Below, in pieces: positions 27,058-36,592 of a stretch of DNA of 64,000 nt; position 1 is the first letter of the stretch, and the number at the start of each line of letters is the position of its first letter. The translations under genes and the position numbers were made by a program. The notes under the pieces were generated by a model. The model saw only the letters and a list, made by a program, of their open reading frames with translations. It did no database searches and was not told the DNA's origin. Source of the stretch: Candidatus Moraniibacteriota bacterium (GTDB lineage Bacteria; Patescibacteriota; Minisyncoccia; Moranbacterales; UBA2206); NCBI GenBank assembly GCA_030679995.1, contig JAUXSK010000018.1, positions 121,492 to 185,491 of the forward strand. The letters are read 5' to 3'.

Positions 27058-29145
27058 ATGGTTTTTAATTATAAAATATTTATTATAGCTTTTGTTTTGA
27101 TCCTCTTTTTTATAGGGGGATTCAATATTTATTTTTCAAGAAAAAATATTGTAAAAAACAATCAAGTATCTGTCGAGCAATCAGATATATATCAAAAAAT
27201 AATAAATGAAGATATAAATAAATTAGAGCAAAAAACTGCCTTGACGGGCAAGATATATGTCGATGATCCTAATATCCCAGCGCCCACCAACCAGTGGTTC
27301 AGCTCAGTGATATTTGAAAAGACATCGCAACCTATATTCGCTTATCCGATGGCTGTGAAAATGAATAATGATGGGTTTGGGTTTTCCTATCCATCGGTTG
27401 TTTCAACGCAAGATACTGTTTTCGCTTCGTATAAATCTGATTTGAAAGTAGTTTTTCAAAAAAATGAGCTTGTTTCTAGTGTTTCATCTTTTGATGATAT
27501 GTCAGTCGGTGTTTTGCAAAAAAACGGAGAAAATACCATTTCAAAACTTAAAATTACGCACGGATCTCCTTTCGTATATATTTCGGTGTTGCCAGGCGAG
27601 TCTTTTAATATCCAATCAGAAGAGTTGATTTTAATGGATAAAAGTGCGGATTATTTTGTGTTTGCGTCTGGTGGAAAATTTTTCGCATTTTTCCCATCTT
27701 TAAATGAAATGTCTGTGAAAAAAAATGATGATCACTCGATTACCGTTTCCAATGTCCGCAAAGAAGCTCTTATTTCAATCGCTGTTTTGCCAAATCTTGA
27801 ATGTCTGGATATTTTCAGCCAGTATGCATTGGATCCGATAATTGGCACAAACGTTGATTTTAATGTGACGGATAATCGGATCAGCACTAAATACGAAATT
27901 GTTACGAAGAGCGGAGGAAAAACACTTTTTGCTTTGTTGCCAAACAGTTACGATTCTTTTGAACAACAGTTGAAAAATCAGAATCCAATTGGGGAGTATG
28001 ACACACTCAGGGGTAAACAGTTATTGTACCAGGGAAGGATCTTTGATTTTTCAGAGGAAGCTGGGCCTATTCCACGACAACTGGAAGTGTCATTTTTATC
28101 GCATTCTGACAAGGAAAATTTACGTAATTTTATTAAGACAGATGCAGATAGGTTAACAGTCACTGAGAATGATACCTATTTTGTTGGAAAAAAACTTTTT
28201 GCTATGGCGAATGTCTTGGATATAGCGGAGCAGCTTGGTATGGAAAGAGAATCGGATATTTTGAAAATAAAATTAAAAACTGAGTTAGAAACATGGAAAA
28301 ATAATACGCTGGCTGGCGGACAGCAGAAAAAATATTTTTACTATGATCCGATAATCAAAGGAATCGTGGGGGAGACGGCTAGTTTCGGCAGTGAGTTATT
28401 TAATGATCATAATTTTCATTACGGATATTTTATCTATGCGGCAAGCATACTCTCGCGCTATGACAATAAATATCTGTCGGATAACCAAACTTTTATCAAT
28501 CTGCTGGTGAAGGATATCGCCAATAATGACCGCGATGACAAAACATTTCCGTATCTGAGGGGTTTTGATGCTTATGAGGGACATAGTTGGGCTTCAGGCT
28601 TTGGGATGTTTGCTGACGGCAATAATCAGGAATCAAGTTCCGAGGCAGTCAACGCATGGTACGCATTGTATTTGTGGAGCGATATTATCGGAAATAAAAA
28701 TCTCAAGGAGACGGCGGAATATTTATATTTTAAGGAATCATCAAGCGCATTGGATTATTGGCTCAATATTGATAAGGGGGATTTGCGTTTTGAAAATTTC
28801 CAACATTCCATGGTAGCGCTTGTTTGGGGTGGAAAATTGGATTTTGCGACTTGGTTCAGTCCGCATCCAGAGGCTATGCTGGGAATCCAATTGATTCCGT
28901 TCAGTCCCGCTAGCGGTTATTTGGGGCGTGATGCGGGGCGTGTCCAGGAAAATTTGTCGTCAGAAAACGCTTTTCAGAGTCCCGCACTATTCAAGGATTA
29001 TCTGGCGATGTACCGGGCGTTTTATGATGTTACCGGAGCAAGGCAAATGATAGATAAATTGAAGCCAACAGACATCGATAGCGCGAATTCAAGGAGTTTT
29101 ATGGAGGCTTGGTTGCTTGTTCTCGAAAATAAGGAAAATCATTAA
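27058..29145 (+). CDS. Membrane-anchored GH81-like endo-beta-1,3-glucanase.
   Basis: N-terminal TM helix. NDHNFHYGYFIYAAS and NNQESSSEAVNAWYALYLW resemble the GH81 catalytic-region motifs (DHHFHYGY; E-x-S-S-E pair) as I recall them. Confidence 0.55.
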   Translation: MVFNYKIFIIAFVLILFFIGGFNIYFSRKNIVKNNQVSVEQSDIYQKIINEDINKLEQKTALTGKIYVDDPNIPAPTNQWFSSVIFEKTSQPIFAYPMAVKMNNDGFGFSYPSVVSTQDTVFASYKSDLKVVFQKNELVSSVSSFDDMSVGVLQKNGENTISKLKITHGSPFVYISVLPGESFNIQSEELILMDKSADYFVFASGGKFFAFFPSLNEMSVKKNDDHSITVSNVRKEALISIAVLPNLECLDIFSQYALDPIIGTNVDFNVTDNRISTKYEIVTKSGGKTLFALLPNSYDSFEQQLKNQNPIGEYDTLRGKQLLYQGRIFDFSEEAGPIPRQLEVSFLSHSDKENLRNFIKTDADRLTVTENDTYFVGKKLFAMANVLDIAEQLGMERESDILKIKLKTELETWKNNTLAGGQQKKYFYYDPIIKGIVGETASFGSELFNDHNFHYGYFIYAASILSRYDNKYLSDNQTFINLLVKDIANNDRDDKTFPYLRGFDAYEGHSWASGFGMFADGNNQESSSEAVNAWYALYLWSDIIGNKNLKETAEYLYFKESSSALDYWLNIDKGDLRFENFQHSMVALVWGGKLDFATWFSPHPEAMLGIQLIPFSPASGYLGRDAGRVQENLSSENAFQSPALFKDYLAMYRAFYDVTGARQMIDKLKPTDIDSANSRSFMEAWLLVLENKENH

Positions 29146-29154
29146 TAACATAAT

Positions 29155-31215
29155 TTGAAAACATTTATGCAACAACTAATTAAAAATAAAAACATATCCA
29201 GGATAGCGGCATACCTGTGGTTGGTTTTGGGTGAGATGTCTACGCTTGCGGCGATTATCGCTGTCGGATGGTTTTTGATTGGTTATTATGCGCATTTCGA
29301 ATTTTTGCAAACTGGCTATCAGGATTGGATTTATCATGCCTTTCGAGTTCAGGATATTTCTCAGTTCGGTATCGCTTCCTGGGATCATATTTGGAGCGGC
29401 GGTATAAATCATTGGCGAGCGTTTCAATATATTGAGCATATGCTTACTTATGGCGTGGTAAACCTAACTGGAATGTCTATTACGCATGCCATGCTTTGGA
29501 TATCGATAGTTGTTTTTATCGCATTACGTGTTTTTATGTATGGGGTACTCAGGTATTTGAAAATAAGCCGCTTGTTTAGCGCTGTCGCTGTTATTGTTTC
29601 ATTTGCATTTTCTCAACAGTGGACGGCCCTAAAGGAGTTTTCTATTTTTGTGGGTTTTATCGTGGTTCCGTTATATGTGTTGCTTTGGATTGCGACTTTA
29701 AAATCAATGCGCTATGTTTTTTTGCTTGCCGCTATCACCGGAGCGTCTTGGTCGATACACCCTGTCGTAGGTTATAGTATGTCCGGTATGCTCCTATTTC
29801 TCGTGCTTGCTAATAATCTCAAAAAGGACATAAGAAAATTGATGCTGGTTGTATTAGTATATTTCGTCAGTTCAATGCCATTCACAATACCGTATTTTTT
29901 TTCGGGATACAGCGTCAGTAATTTATTTTATGTTACGCCGCAGTTTTTGCGAATGTTGCTTGTTCCTGAATATTTTGGATTGAGCCTGCTCTATTTTATT
30001 TTGCTTGCTGTGAGTTGGGTAATTATGGTTGTAAAATCAAGCGAATCACCTCGCTGGGCAAAAATACTACTCTTGTATTGCACGGTTTATTTGTGCTTTA
30101 TTTATTTTGGTTTATTGGGATATTTTCCAGTTTTTATCAATAAATTTCAATTCTCGCGTGCCATTCCATTTATTGCTTTGGTATTACCTTTTTGTTTTGC
30201 TGCTTTTTTTCAGACCGCTCTTCCAAATATTCGATCGCGTATGGCGTACGCGATATTTATTGTATTGATAGCTATTGGCATTTCACAATCGATTGAAATT
30301 GCGACACGATATTCCGGTCAGCCGATAGACTCGATTCAAGACCCGGTGGCAATATATTTTGCAAACAAAGAAGTGCCATATGGAAGCATATATTTCAAAG
30401 ATGTTACTGAGGCAAGTTATTTAGGGAAAACCGGGTTGCGTTTTATAACATCGTACAATCAGCATTTATTACCCAATCCGTACTCTATGCGCTTCGACGG
30501 ACTTATGAAAACTGACATTTCTTATACTGGCGTAACGGAACGTCAGATAAAAATGATCAATGATTATAGTCTTGTTTTGGGAGTCGAATATGTCTTCATT
30601 CCTAAACTCTCTCCGCTTGTGAATGGTTTGACTGTCAGTCAAGGGGATTTTGACGCTCTATTTGAAAATTTGGGAGAAGTCAATGTGCCTTCGGATGTTT
30701 TTGCAGTTTTGCGTAATCGCCAGCCGATTGCAAATGCGTATGCTTTCGATAAAAATAATATGGATAATTTTCTTCGTTTTTCGGAGATACCCAAACCGAC
30801 ATTGCAAATTGATTCATATAAGCTGTGGGATGACGAAATCAGTCGTATGGCGCAATTGATACGGTCAGGACAAATGAAATCATTGCCGATGAGCTTTGTT
30901 TGGCCAAATAAACTTGTGGTGGATGCGAAAGAAATTCAAGATATGAATCAGCCAAGTTTGTTGTTAACTCAGAGTTATGATCAGAATTGGACTATAGAAA
31001 ATGAAAAGTCAGCGATTAAACCGACAAATTTGCGATTTATGTCAGTCAATCTTCCCAAGGAAAAAATTTCTGATAAGGTGGTCTTATCGAACAACTGGCC
31101 GCGTTGGCACTGGCCTATCCAATCACTCGGCCTGGTTATGATTGTTGTCACCGGAATTATTGCGATATTTCGAAGGCATAAAATAATAAATTCTACTAAT
31201 AGGACTAATTTATGA
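29155..31215 (+). CDS. Large polytopic membrane protein with a C-terminal extracytoplasmic domain and a final TM helix, function unknown (synthase accessory subunit?).
   Basis: About 10 TM helices in the first 380 aa, then a ~280-aa soluble domain, then the TM helix LGLVMIVVTGIIAIF. A 4-nt overlap (ATGA) with the downstream GT2 synthase implies translational coupling. Confidence 0.6.
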   Translation: MKTFMQQLIKNKNISRIAAYLWLVLGEMSTLAAIIAVGWFLIGYYAHFEFLQTGYQDWIYHAFRVQDISQFGIASWDHIWSGGINHWRAFQYIEHMLTYGVVNLTGMSITHAMLWISIVVFIALRVFMYGVLRYLKISRLFSAVAVIVSFAFSQQWTALKEFSIFVGFIVVPLYVLLWIATLKSMRYVFLLAAITGASWSIHPVVGYSMSGMLLFLVLANNLKKDIRKLMLVVLVYFVSSMPFTIPYFFSGYSVSNLFYVTPQFLRMLLVPEYFGLSLLYFILLAVSWVIMVVKSSESPRWAKILLLYCTVYLCFIYFGLLGYFPVFINKFQFSRAIPFIALVLPFCFAAFFQTALPNIRSRMAYAIFIVLIAIGISQSIEIATRYSGQPIDSIQDPVAIYFANKEVPYGSIYFKDVTEASYLGKTGLRFITSYNQHLLPNPYSMRFDGLMKTDISYTGVTERQIKMINDYSLVLGVEYVFIPKLSPLVNGLTVSQGDFDALFENLGEVNVPSDVFAVLRNRQPIANAYAFDKNNMDNFLRFSEIPKPTLQIDSYKLWDDEISRMAQLIRSGQMKSLPMSFVWPNKLVVDAKEIQDMNQPSLLLTQSYDQNWTIENEKSAIKPTNLRFMSVNLPKEKISDKVVLSNNWPRWHWPIQSLGLVMIVVTGIIAIFRRHKIINSTNRTNL

Positions 31216-32744
31216 GCATAAAACTATTGAAACAATACGTGCCGCACGCACGCATCACGTCCGCTAAAATTCTCAGTATGACCACAGTCTTTCTTTTGGG
31301 CGCCCCGATGGTCGTGATTTATTATGGAGCTTTTGTTTTTAATCCTGCCAATGCGGATAATGTCTTTATGTATATAATCCAGGTGGTTGCGGATATTATC
31401 GCGATTATAGCGTTGCTTGGACTTTGGGTGACGGTTCTTATGGATGTGATAACCCAGCAACATCATCGCTCGCATCATTTTGATCCAGGTGATTTTCTTG
31501 TTGAAAAAAAACCGACTATAGATATATTCGTGACTGCTATGGGTGAATCTTTAGAGACTCTTGAAGAAACTCTTACAGCAGCGATAAATATGGATTATCC
31601 GCATAACACTTTTATTTTGGATGATGGTAAATCCGATGCTTTAAAGAAGTTTGCACAATCATTGGGCGTGATATATGTTGTTCGTCCAGACAGGAGGCAT
31701 GCTAAGGCAGGGAATGTCAATAATGGACTAAGATTCAGCAAAAGTGAATTTTTCGCAATTTTTGATGCGGATCAAGTGCCTAAAAAAGATTTTATTACCA
31801 GGTTGTTGCCATACATGAAAGATTCGAAAATGGCAATGGTCCAATCTCCCCAATATTTCGCCAATACGCATTCTTTCATTGCGGCTGGAACATCACAGGC
31901 CCAAGAAGTTTTTTATAAATATGTTTGTCCGGCAAAAAATATCTCTAACTCAGCTTTTTGTGTCGGGACGAATGTTGTTTTCAGGCGTAGCGCCATCGAA
32001 GATATCGGCGGGATAGCCCGCAACAATTCGGAGGATATCTGGACATCATACCAGCTTCATGAAAATGGCTGGCACACGATTTTTGTGAATGAGGTATTGG
32101 CAATCGGCGAGGCTCCGGCGACGGTAGTTTCATATTTCAAACAGCAAAGGCGCTGGGCTAAGGGAGGGCTTTCGATGCTTTTTACGAAAAATCCGCTTCG
32201 ATCAAAAAAATTAAATCTTGATCAAAAAATGCAATATTTTATTTCCAATTCATTTTTTCTAGTCGGTGTGTCCATCTTTGTTTATGTGCTTTTTCCGATC
32301 CTGTATCTTCTCTTCGGCATCAAGCCTCTTGATACCGAAAATGGCATCGTTTGGGTACTTCATTACGTTCCTTATTTTGCTTTGTATTATTCTTTGACGT
32401 ATTTATTTTTAGGCAGTATTCGGTTGGAAACTCTTTCGACAGCATTGGCAAGTTTTTACCCATATCTGCTTGGACTTTTTTCAGCTCTTTTCGATACGGA
32501 GCAAGTATGGGTGGCAACGACTTCAAGAAAAAATACGGAAGACGCTTTTATGAAATGGGCGTGGCCGCATGTGTTTATAATTTTTCTTTCTCTGTTTAGC
32601 CTGGTTGTCGGATGGTATAATCCATATAATTTTTGGACGACAGTATTCAATACGGCATGGGTTGTTTTGAATGCCTATTTGCTCTTTTTGTTTATAACTG
32701 GAGAAAAAAGAATTGTTAAAAATAGAAATAATATAATTCAATAA
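31212..32744 (+). CDS. Processive GT2 beta-glycan synthase (cellulose/curdlan/chitin-synthase-like).
   Basis: ILDDGKSD, FDADQVP and QQRRWAKGG (QxxRW) motifs; N- and C-terminal TM bundles. Confidence 0.75.
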   Translation: MSIKLLKQYVPHARITSAKILSMTTVFLLGAPMVVIYYGAFVFNPANADNVFMYIIQVVADIIAIIALLGLWVTVLMDVITQQHHRSHHFDPGDFLVEKKPTIDIFVTAMGESLETLEETLTAAINMDYPHNTFILDDGKSDALKKFAQSLGVIYVVRPDRRHAKAGNVNNGLRFSKSEFFAIFDADQVPKKDFITRLLPYMKDSKMAMVQSPQYFANTHSFIAAGTSQAQEVFYKYVCPAKNISNSAFCVGTNVVFRRSAIEDIGGIARNNSEDIWTSYQLHENGWHTIFVNEVLAIGEAPATVVSYFKQQRRWAKGGLSMLFTKNPLRSKKLNLDQKMQYFISNSFFLVGVSIFVYVLFPILYLLFGIKPLDTENGIVWVLHYVPYFALYYSLTYLFLGSIRLETLSTALASFYPYLLGLFSALFDTEQVWVATTSRKNTEDAFMKWAWPHVFIIFLSLFSLVVGWYNPYNFWTTVFNTAWVVLNAYLLFLFITGEKRIVKNRNNIIQ

Positions 32745-32755
32745 GATAAAATAAT

Positions 32756-33544
32756 ATGCCAAGGACAATATTCGCAGAAATCAAACAATGGTTAATAAAT
32801 AGCGCGTATTTCGTCGCAGTCTTTGTATTGGCCTTTGGAATCGCGACACAAGCATTGGTACGGCGAGTGAATGGTTATGAGGCGACCAAGAAGCCCCTAT
32901 TTTTTTCTATAAACAAGGAAAATATTATATTGTCAAATTCTGTTGCTGGAAGAATCGAAAATGTCGCAGTTTCAACGGGTGAACATGTGCACAAAGGGGA
33001 TCTGCTTGTTAGCATAGTGGATGATTCTATGACGCAGCGCATCATTGCTTTGAAGGGATTGGCTAATAATAATATTTCCGCTGAAACGGAATTGGAAACG
33101 CTCAAATCGCGCGTGGGGGAATATGAAATTCGTGCGCCTCGAGACGGGGTGATTTATTACATTTCGGCGGCTGAAGGAAGTTATTTAAATGCCAGTTCTC
33201 CGATTTTGACTATGTTTGCGGATAGCAATGTAAAAATTATGGGTATGGTAAATCAGGAACAATATACAAAAATACAACAAAACAAAGAAATCGATGTCTA
33301 TAGCCCTCGATTTGAGCAGGTGTATAAAATAATTTTTACAGGTGTCGGGCGCGTACAAGCAGCAACAAATTATGAAGAGAGTAAGTTCGAAATCCAATTC
33401 CGTTTTGCAGATGAAGAGAATGGCGCAGCTTTCATCGAGGGTGAGCAACTTGAAATGATAGCCAGAAATGATACCGATGATGCTGCTTTAAAGCCGTCTT
33501 TTCGCATCGCTAAATTGTGGAATAATATGATTTTAGGGGATTAA
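32756..33544 (+). CDS. HlyD/biotin-lipoyl-like membrane-fusion-type protein with a single N-terminal TM.
   Basis: TM anchor then GRIENVAVSTGEHVHKGDLLVSI, a lipoyl-like hairpin typical of MFPs. Confidence 0.5.
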   Translation: MPRTIFAEIKQWLINSAYFVAVFVLAFGIATQALVRRVNGYEATKKPLFFSINKENIILSNSVAGRIENVAVSTGEHVHKGDLLVSIVDDSMTQRIIALKGLANNNISAETELETLKSRVGEYEIRAPRDGVIYYISAAEGSYLNASSPILTMFADSNVKIMGMVNQEQYTKIQQNKEIDVYSPRFEQVYKIIFTGVGRVQAATNYEESKFEIQFRFADEENGAAFIEGEQLEMIARNDTDDAALKPSFRIAKLWNNMILGD

Positions 33545-33588
33545 ATCGCTTTATTTTCAGCCATTTGCCAGATTTCCGATTGTCTGAT

Positions 33589-33597
33589 ATTATCTGG
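33589..33597 (+). promoter_or_regulatory. Extended -10 (TGaTATTAT) about 39 nt upstream of leader RNA copy C.
   Basis: Same -10-to-element spacing as in copies A and B (38-42 nt). Confidence 0.4.
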
Positions 33598-33635
33598 GCA
33601 ACAGCAGAATCTTAAAAATAGCATACTTAAAAAGA

Positions 33636-33770
33636 TTATGATCCGCGCATTGTGATGAAATTTCGAGAGAGTTTCTTGGTCACTTATGTTTGTGCGGGGA
33701 GTCTAATAGTGAAACCGGTTTGGGCCGAAAAGTTGTGAGACTTTTCAGTTTGGACCGGTTTTTTATTTTT
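33636..33770 (+). ncRNA. Conserved structured leader RNA, copy C.
   Basis: Same motif. P1 has a G-U variant (UGUGCGG). The terminator is followed by UUUUUUAUUUUU. It lies 134 nt before the first TasA-like gene. Confidence 0.6.
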
Positions 33771-33903
33771 GGAAAAACAACCCAATTTTAATATATATAA
33801 AGGTCGAGGCGGAAACTGCCTAAAGTTTCAAAATTTTTATTCCGATTCATAAAATAGGAATAAAAAATAATTTTAATCAGCGTTTAATAAATAATAAAAA
33901 ACT

Positions 33904-35088
33904 ATGAAAAAAATGATCAAAAGCGGACTCATCGTGCTCGCGGTCGCTGCAATTGCCGGGTATGGAACATACTCTTTCTTTAGCGACACAGAAACGTCTT
34001 CGGGAAACAATTTTACCGCAGGAGAAATCGACCTGACCGTGACCAATACTGGCAGCGCTACGGACGGCGCTTGTACGTTTGATAATACGCCAGGCGGACC
34101 GATTTTTAATTGTACTGATGTGAAGCCTGGAGACAATGGTGAAAGCACATTGAACTTCAACCTTACAAGCAATCCTGCTTGGGCTTGTATGTATGTGGAC
34201 AATGTTGTTGATAGTGATAATGGGTGCAACGATCCGGAATTGGCTGCTGAATCAGTTTGTACGGAAGATGGAAATGGTGAATTAGACAACGCTCTAATGC
34301 TGACTGTTTGGGTTGATGACGGCGCTGGAGATGGCGGAACAGCATGTAATAATATCCGAGACGGATCAGAAGAGGTAATTATAGGCAATCAGGCGTTAAG
34401 CTCTTTTGTGTTGCCAACGGGAGGCTATGTCCTTCCTATTTCAGACGCAAGTGCTGATTCTATGATGACCGCTCCAGTCCAACCGGGTGACCATTGTGTC
34501 GGTGTCGCGTGGAGTGTCGATCCAACAACAGGAAACGAAGTGCAGACAGATAAATTAGGTGGTGATCTGACCTTCTATGTTGAACAGGCAAGAAACAATG
34601 ATGGATTCACATGCGCGGCACATTTCACGCCTGCGGAAGGAGTGCAAACATTGACTCTTGAAAATGAGATACAGAATCCGACAGGACCTTGGACACCGAT
34701 TACCGGTGACGGGATACAAGGAACATTAGTTTGGCAAGGAGATGGAGATACATTTGATTACACTCTAACTGCGCAAGGATTACCTGCTAATTCATCATAC
34801 AGTTTGATTTATTATGCTGATCCTTACCCAGGTAATAATCCAGGTAAATTAATCGGAACACACATGACCGATGGAGATGGCGAAATCGATGCTGCTGGAA
34901 ATCCAGATTTAGGAATGGATTTGCCAGATCCTGCAGATGCTAACTTCGGGACTGGTGCTAAGATTTGGTTGATTCCAAGCAGTGCATATGATGCTGCGAG
35001 CAGTAGTATCATTTCTTGGACACCAGATACTACTACCTGGTTGTTCGAAGGTAATGTTTACATCCATTACAACGATACGAATAACTAA
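33904..35088 (+). CDS. TasA/camelysin-like secreted protein with a SipW-cognate signal peptide (paralog 1).
   Basis: MKKMIKSGLIVLAVAAIAGYGTYSFFSDTETSSGNNFTAGEIDL matches the SipW-cognate class motif. A paralog-conserved DVKPGDNGE...AWACMYVD block follows. Confidence 0.75.
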   Translation: MKKMIKSGLIVLAVAAIAGYGTYSFFSDTETSSGNNFTAGEIDLTVTNTGSATDGACTFDNTPGGPIFNCTDVKPGDNGESTLNFNLTSNPAWACMYVDNVVDSDNGCNDPELAAESVCTEDGNGELDNALMLTVWVDDGAGDGGTACNNIRDGSEEVIIGNQALSSFVLPTGGYVLPISDASADSMMTAPVQPGDHCVGVAWSVDPTTGNEVQTDKLGGDLTFYVEQARNNDGFTCAAHFTPAEGVQTLTLENEIQNPTGPWTPITGDGIQGTLVWQGDGDTFDYTLTAQGLPANSSYSLIYYADPYPGNNPGKLIGTHMTDGDGEIDAAGNPDLGMDLPDPADANFGTGAKIWLIPSSAYDAASSSIISWTPDTTTWLFEGNVYIHYNDTNN

Positions 35089-35199
35089 ACAAGATGTAGT
35101 CTTTTACTTCCGCTCATTTTCAAAATGGGCGGGAGAATAAAGATCTAAGGATAATTAATTACTTGCATAAGTAAGTACCTAAGTAAGTATTAAAACAAT

Positions 35200-36543
35200 A
35201 TGATGAAAATATTGAAAAGCCTTGCAATCGTCATTGCCATCGCGGCTATCGCGGGGGGAGCATCCTATTCGTTTTTCTCTGACACGGAAATGTCAGCTGG
35301 CAATATGTTCACGGCGGGAGTTATTAATTTAAAAATTGATAATTCAAGTTATGCCATAGATTCTGTTATTCCTGGGTTTGATGATCCGGTGGGAGATTTG
35401 GTTGCGAGTCCGCACAATACCTGGTCCTATGACAACCTCACCGATCAACTATTTTTCAATTTTGAAGATTTGAAACCGGGGGATATAGGGGAAGACACGA
35501 TCGGTTTGCAGGTTTCCAGTAATGACGCTTGGGCGTGTATGAAGGTGGACATAACGGACACTCCTGAAAATGATTTGATAGATCCGGAAGCAGAAGCAGG
35601 GGACAAGACAGAAAAGAACGGGGAACTTCAAGATGAGCTAAGTTTCGCTTTTTGGGCGGATGACGGGGACAATGTATATGAAGATGAGGAAGTCACGCTT
35701 GATGATGGCAATCCGGGCATATTTTTAGAGGGAAAAGCCGCAGATATTTTCAAAAATAAATTTATTACGCTGGCTGATTCAATGGCTGATGTGTGGCCTG
35801 GCGGCAATGGCCGTCCGATAATCGCGGGTGAAAATTATTATATTGCTAAGGTTTGGTGCTTTGGAAAATTGACTCCGGCACCTGTCTCATCCGGAGACGG
35901 AGATCCTCTCCATCGCGGAACTGGATTTTTATGTGATGGAGATTCAGTTTCTAGCGCGTCTCAAACGGATGGGATAAAAGCGGACGTGACATTCTACTCT
36001 GAGCAAGCTAGAAATAATCCGCACTTCGTCTGTAATCAGCAGGAGTGCTTGGCTGATACTGTCTATACTTCAGAAGTCGAAAGCAATGTCCAAGGTACGC
36101 TCAATGATGGCACTCCTGTGATTGATCCGGATCGGACTGACCCAAGTGAGGCTAATGGTCCGCCAGATTGGGTTAGTGGAACTGGCACGAACTTCTATAG
36201 TCTGGGTAAAGGTGGGACAGTGACTCTGAAATTTGCCGATGTCGTCGGTAATGGGAATGGAAATGACCTCGCTGTCTATGAAGCGACCAACGGGCGCGAT
36301 TCATATCCGCTGGAAAGTGCGGATGTGGAAGTGAGCCTCAATGGAAAGGCTTGGTATCCTGTTGGCATAGCCACAAGCGAACCTGGTGGGGATGGCGTTT
36401 CATATTTTGATATATCTTCCACTCCTCTTTCAATGTTCAAATATGTAAGACTGACTGATTCGACTGATTTCTCTTTGCACAACAGTATCTCCGACGGATT
36501 TGATTTGGACGCGGTTGGTGGTGTCTACGGAGAGTGCGAATAA
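35200..36543 (+). CDS. TasA/camelysin-like secreted protein (paralog 2).
   Basis: MMKILKSLAIVIAIAAIAGGASYSFFSDTEMSAGNMFTAGVINL, then DLKPGDIGEDTIGLQVSSNDAWACMKVD. Confidence 0.75.
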   Translation: MMKILKSLAIVIAIAAIAGGASYSFFSDTEMSAGNMFTAGVINLKIDNSSYAIDSVIPGFDDPVGDLVASPHNTWSYDNLTDQLFFNFEDLKPGDIGEDTIGLQVSSNDAWACMKVDITDTPENDLIDPEAEAGDKTEKNGELQDELSFAFWADDGDNVYEDEEVTLDDGNPGIFLEGKAADIFKNKFITLADSMADVWPGGNGRPIIAGENYYIAKVWCFGKLTPAPVSSGDGDPLHRGTGFLCDGDSVSSASQTDGIKADVTFYSEQARNNPHFVCNQQECLADTVYTSEVESNVQGTLNDGTPVIDPDRTDPSEANGPPDWVSGTGTNFYSLGKGGTVTLKFADVVGNGNGNDLAVYEATNGRDSYPLESADVEVSLNGKAWYPVGIATSEPGGDGVSYFDISSTPLSMFKYVRLTDSTDFSLHNSISDGFDLDAVGGVYGECE

Positions 36544-36592
36544 TTATTGTTAAATATGTGATGTCCATCGCGTGCTATAAGAATACATTCTA

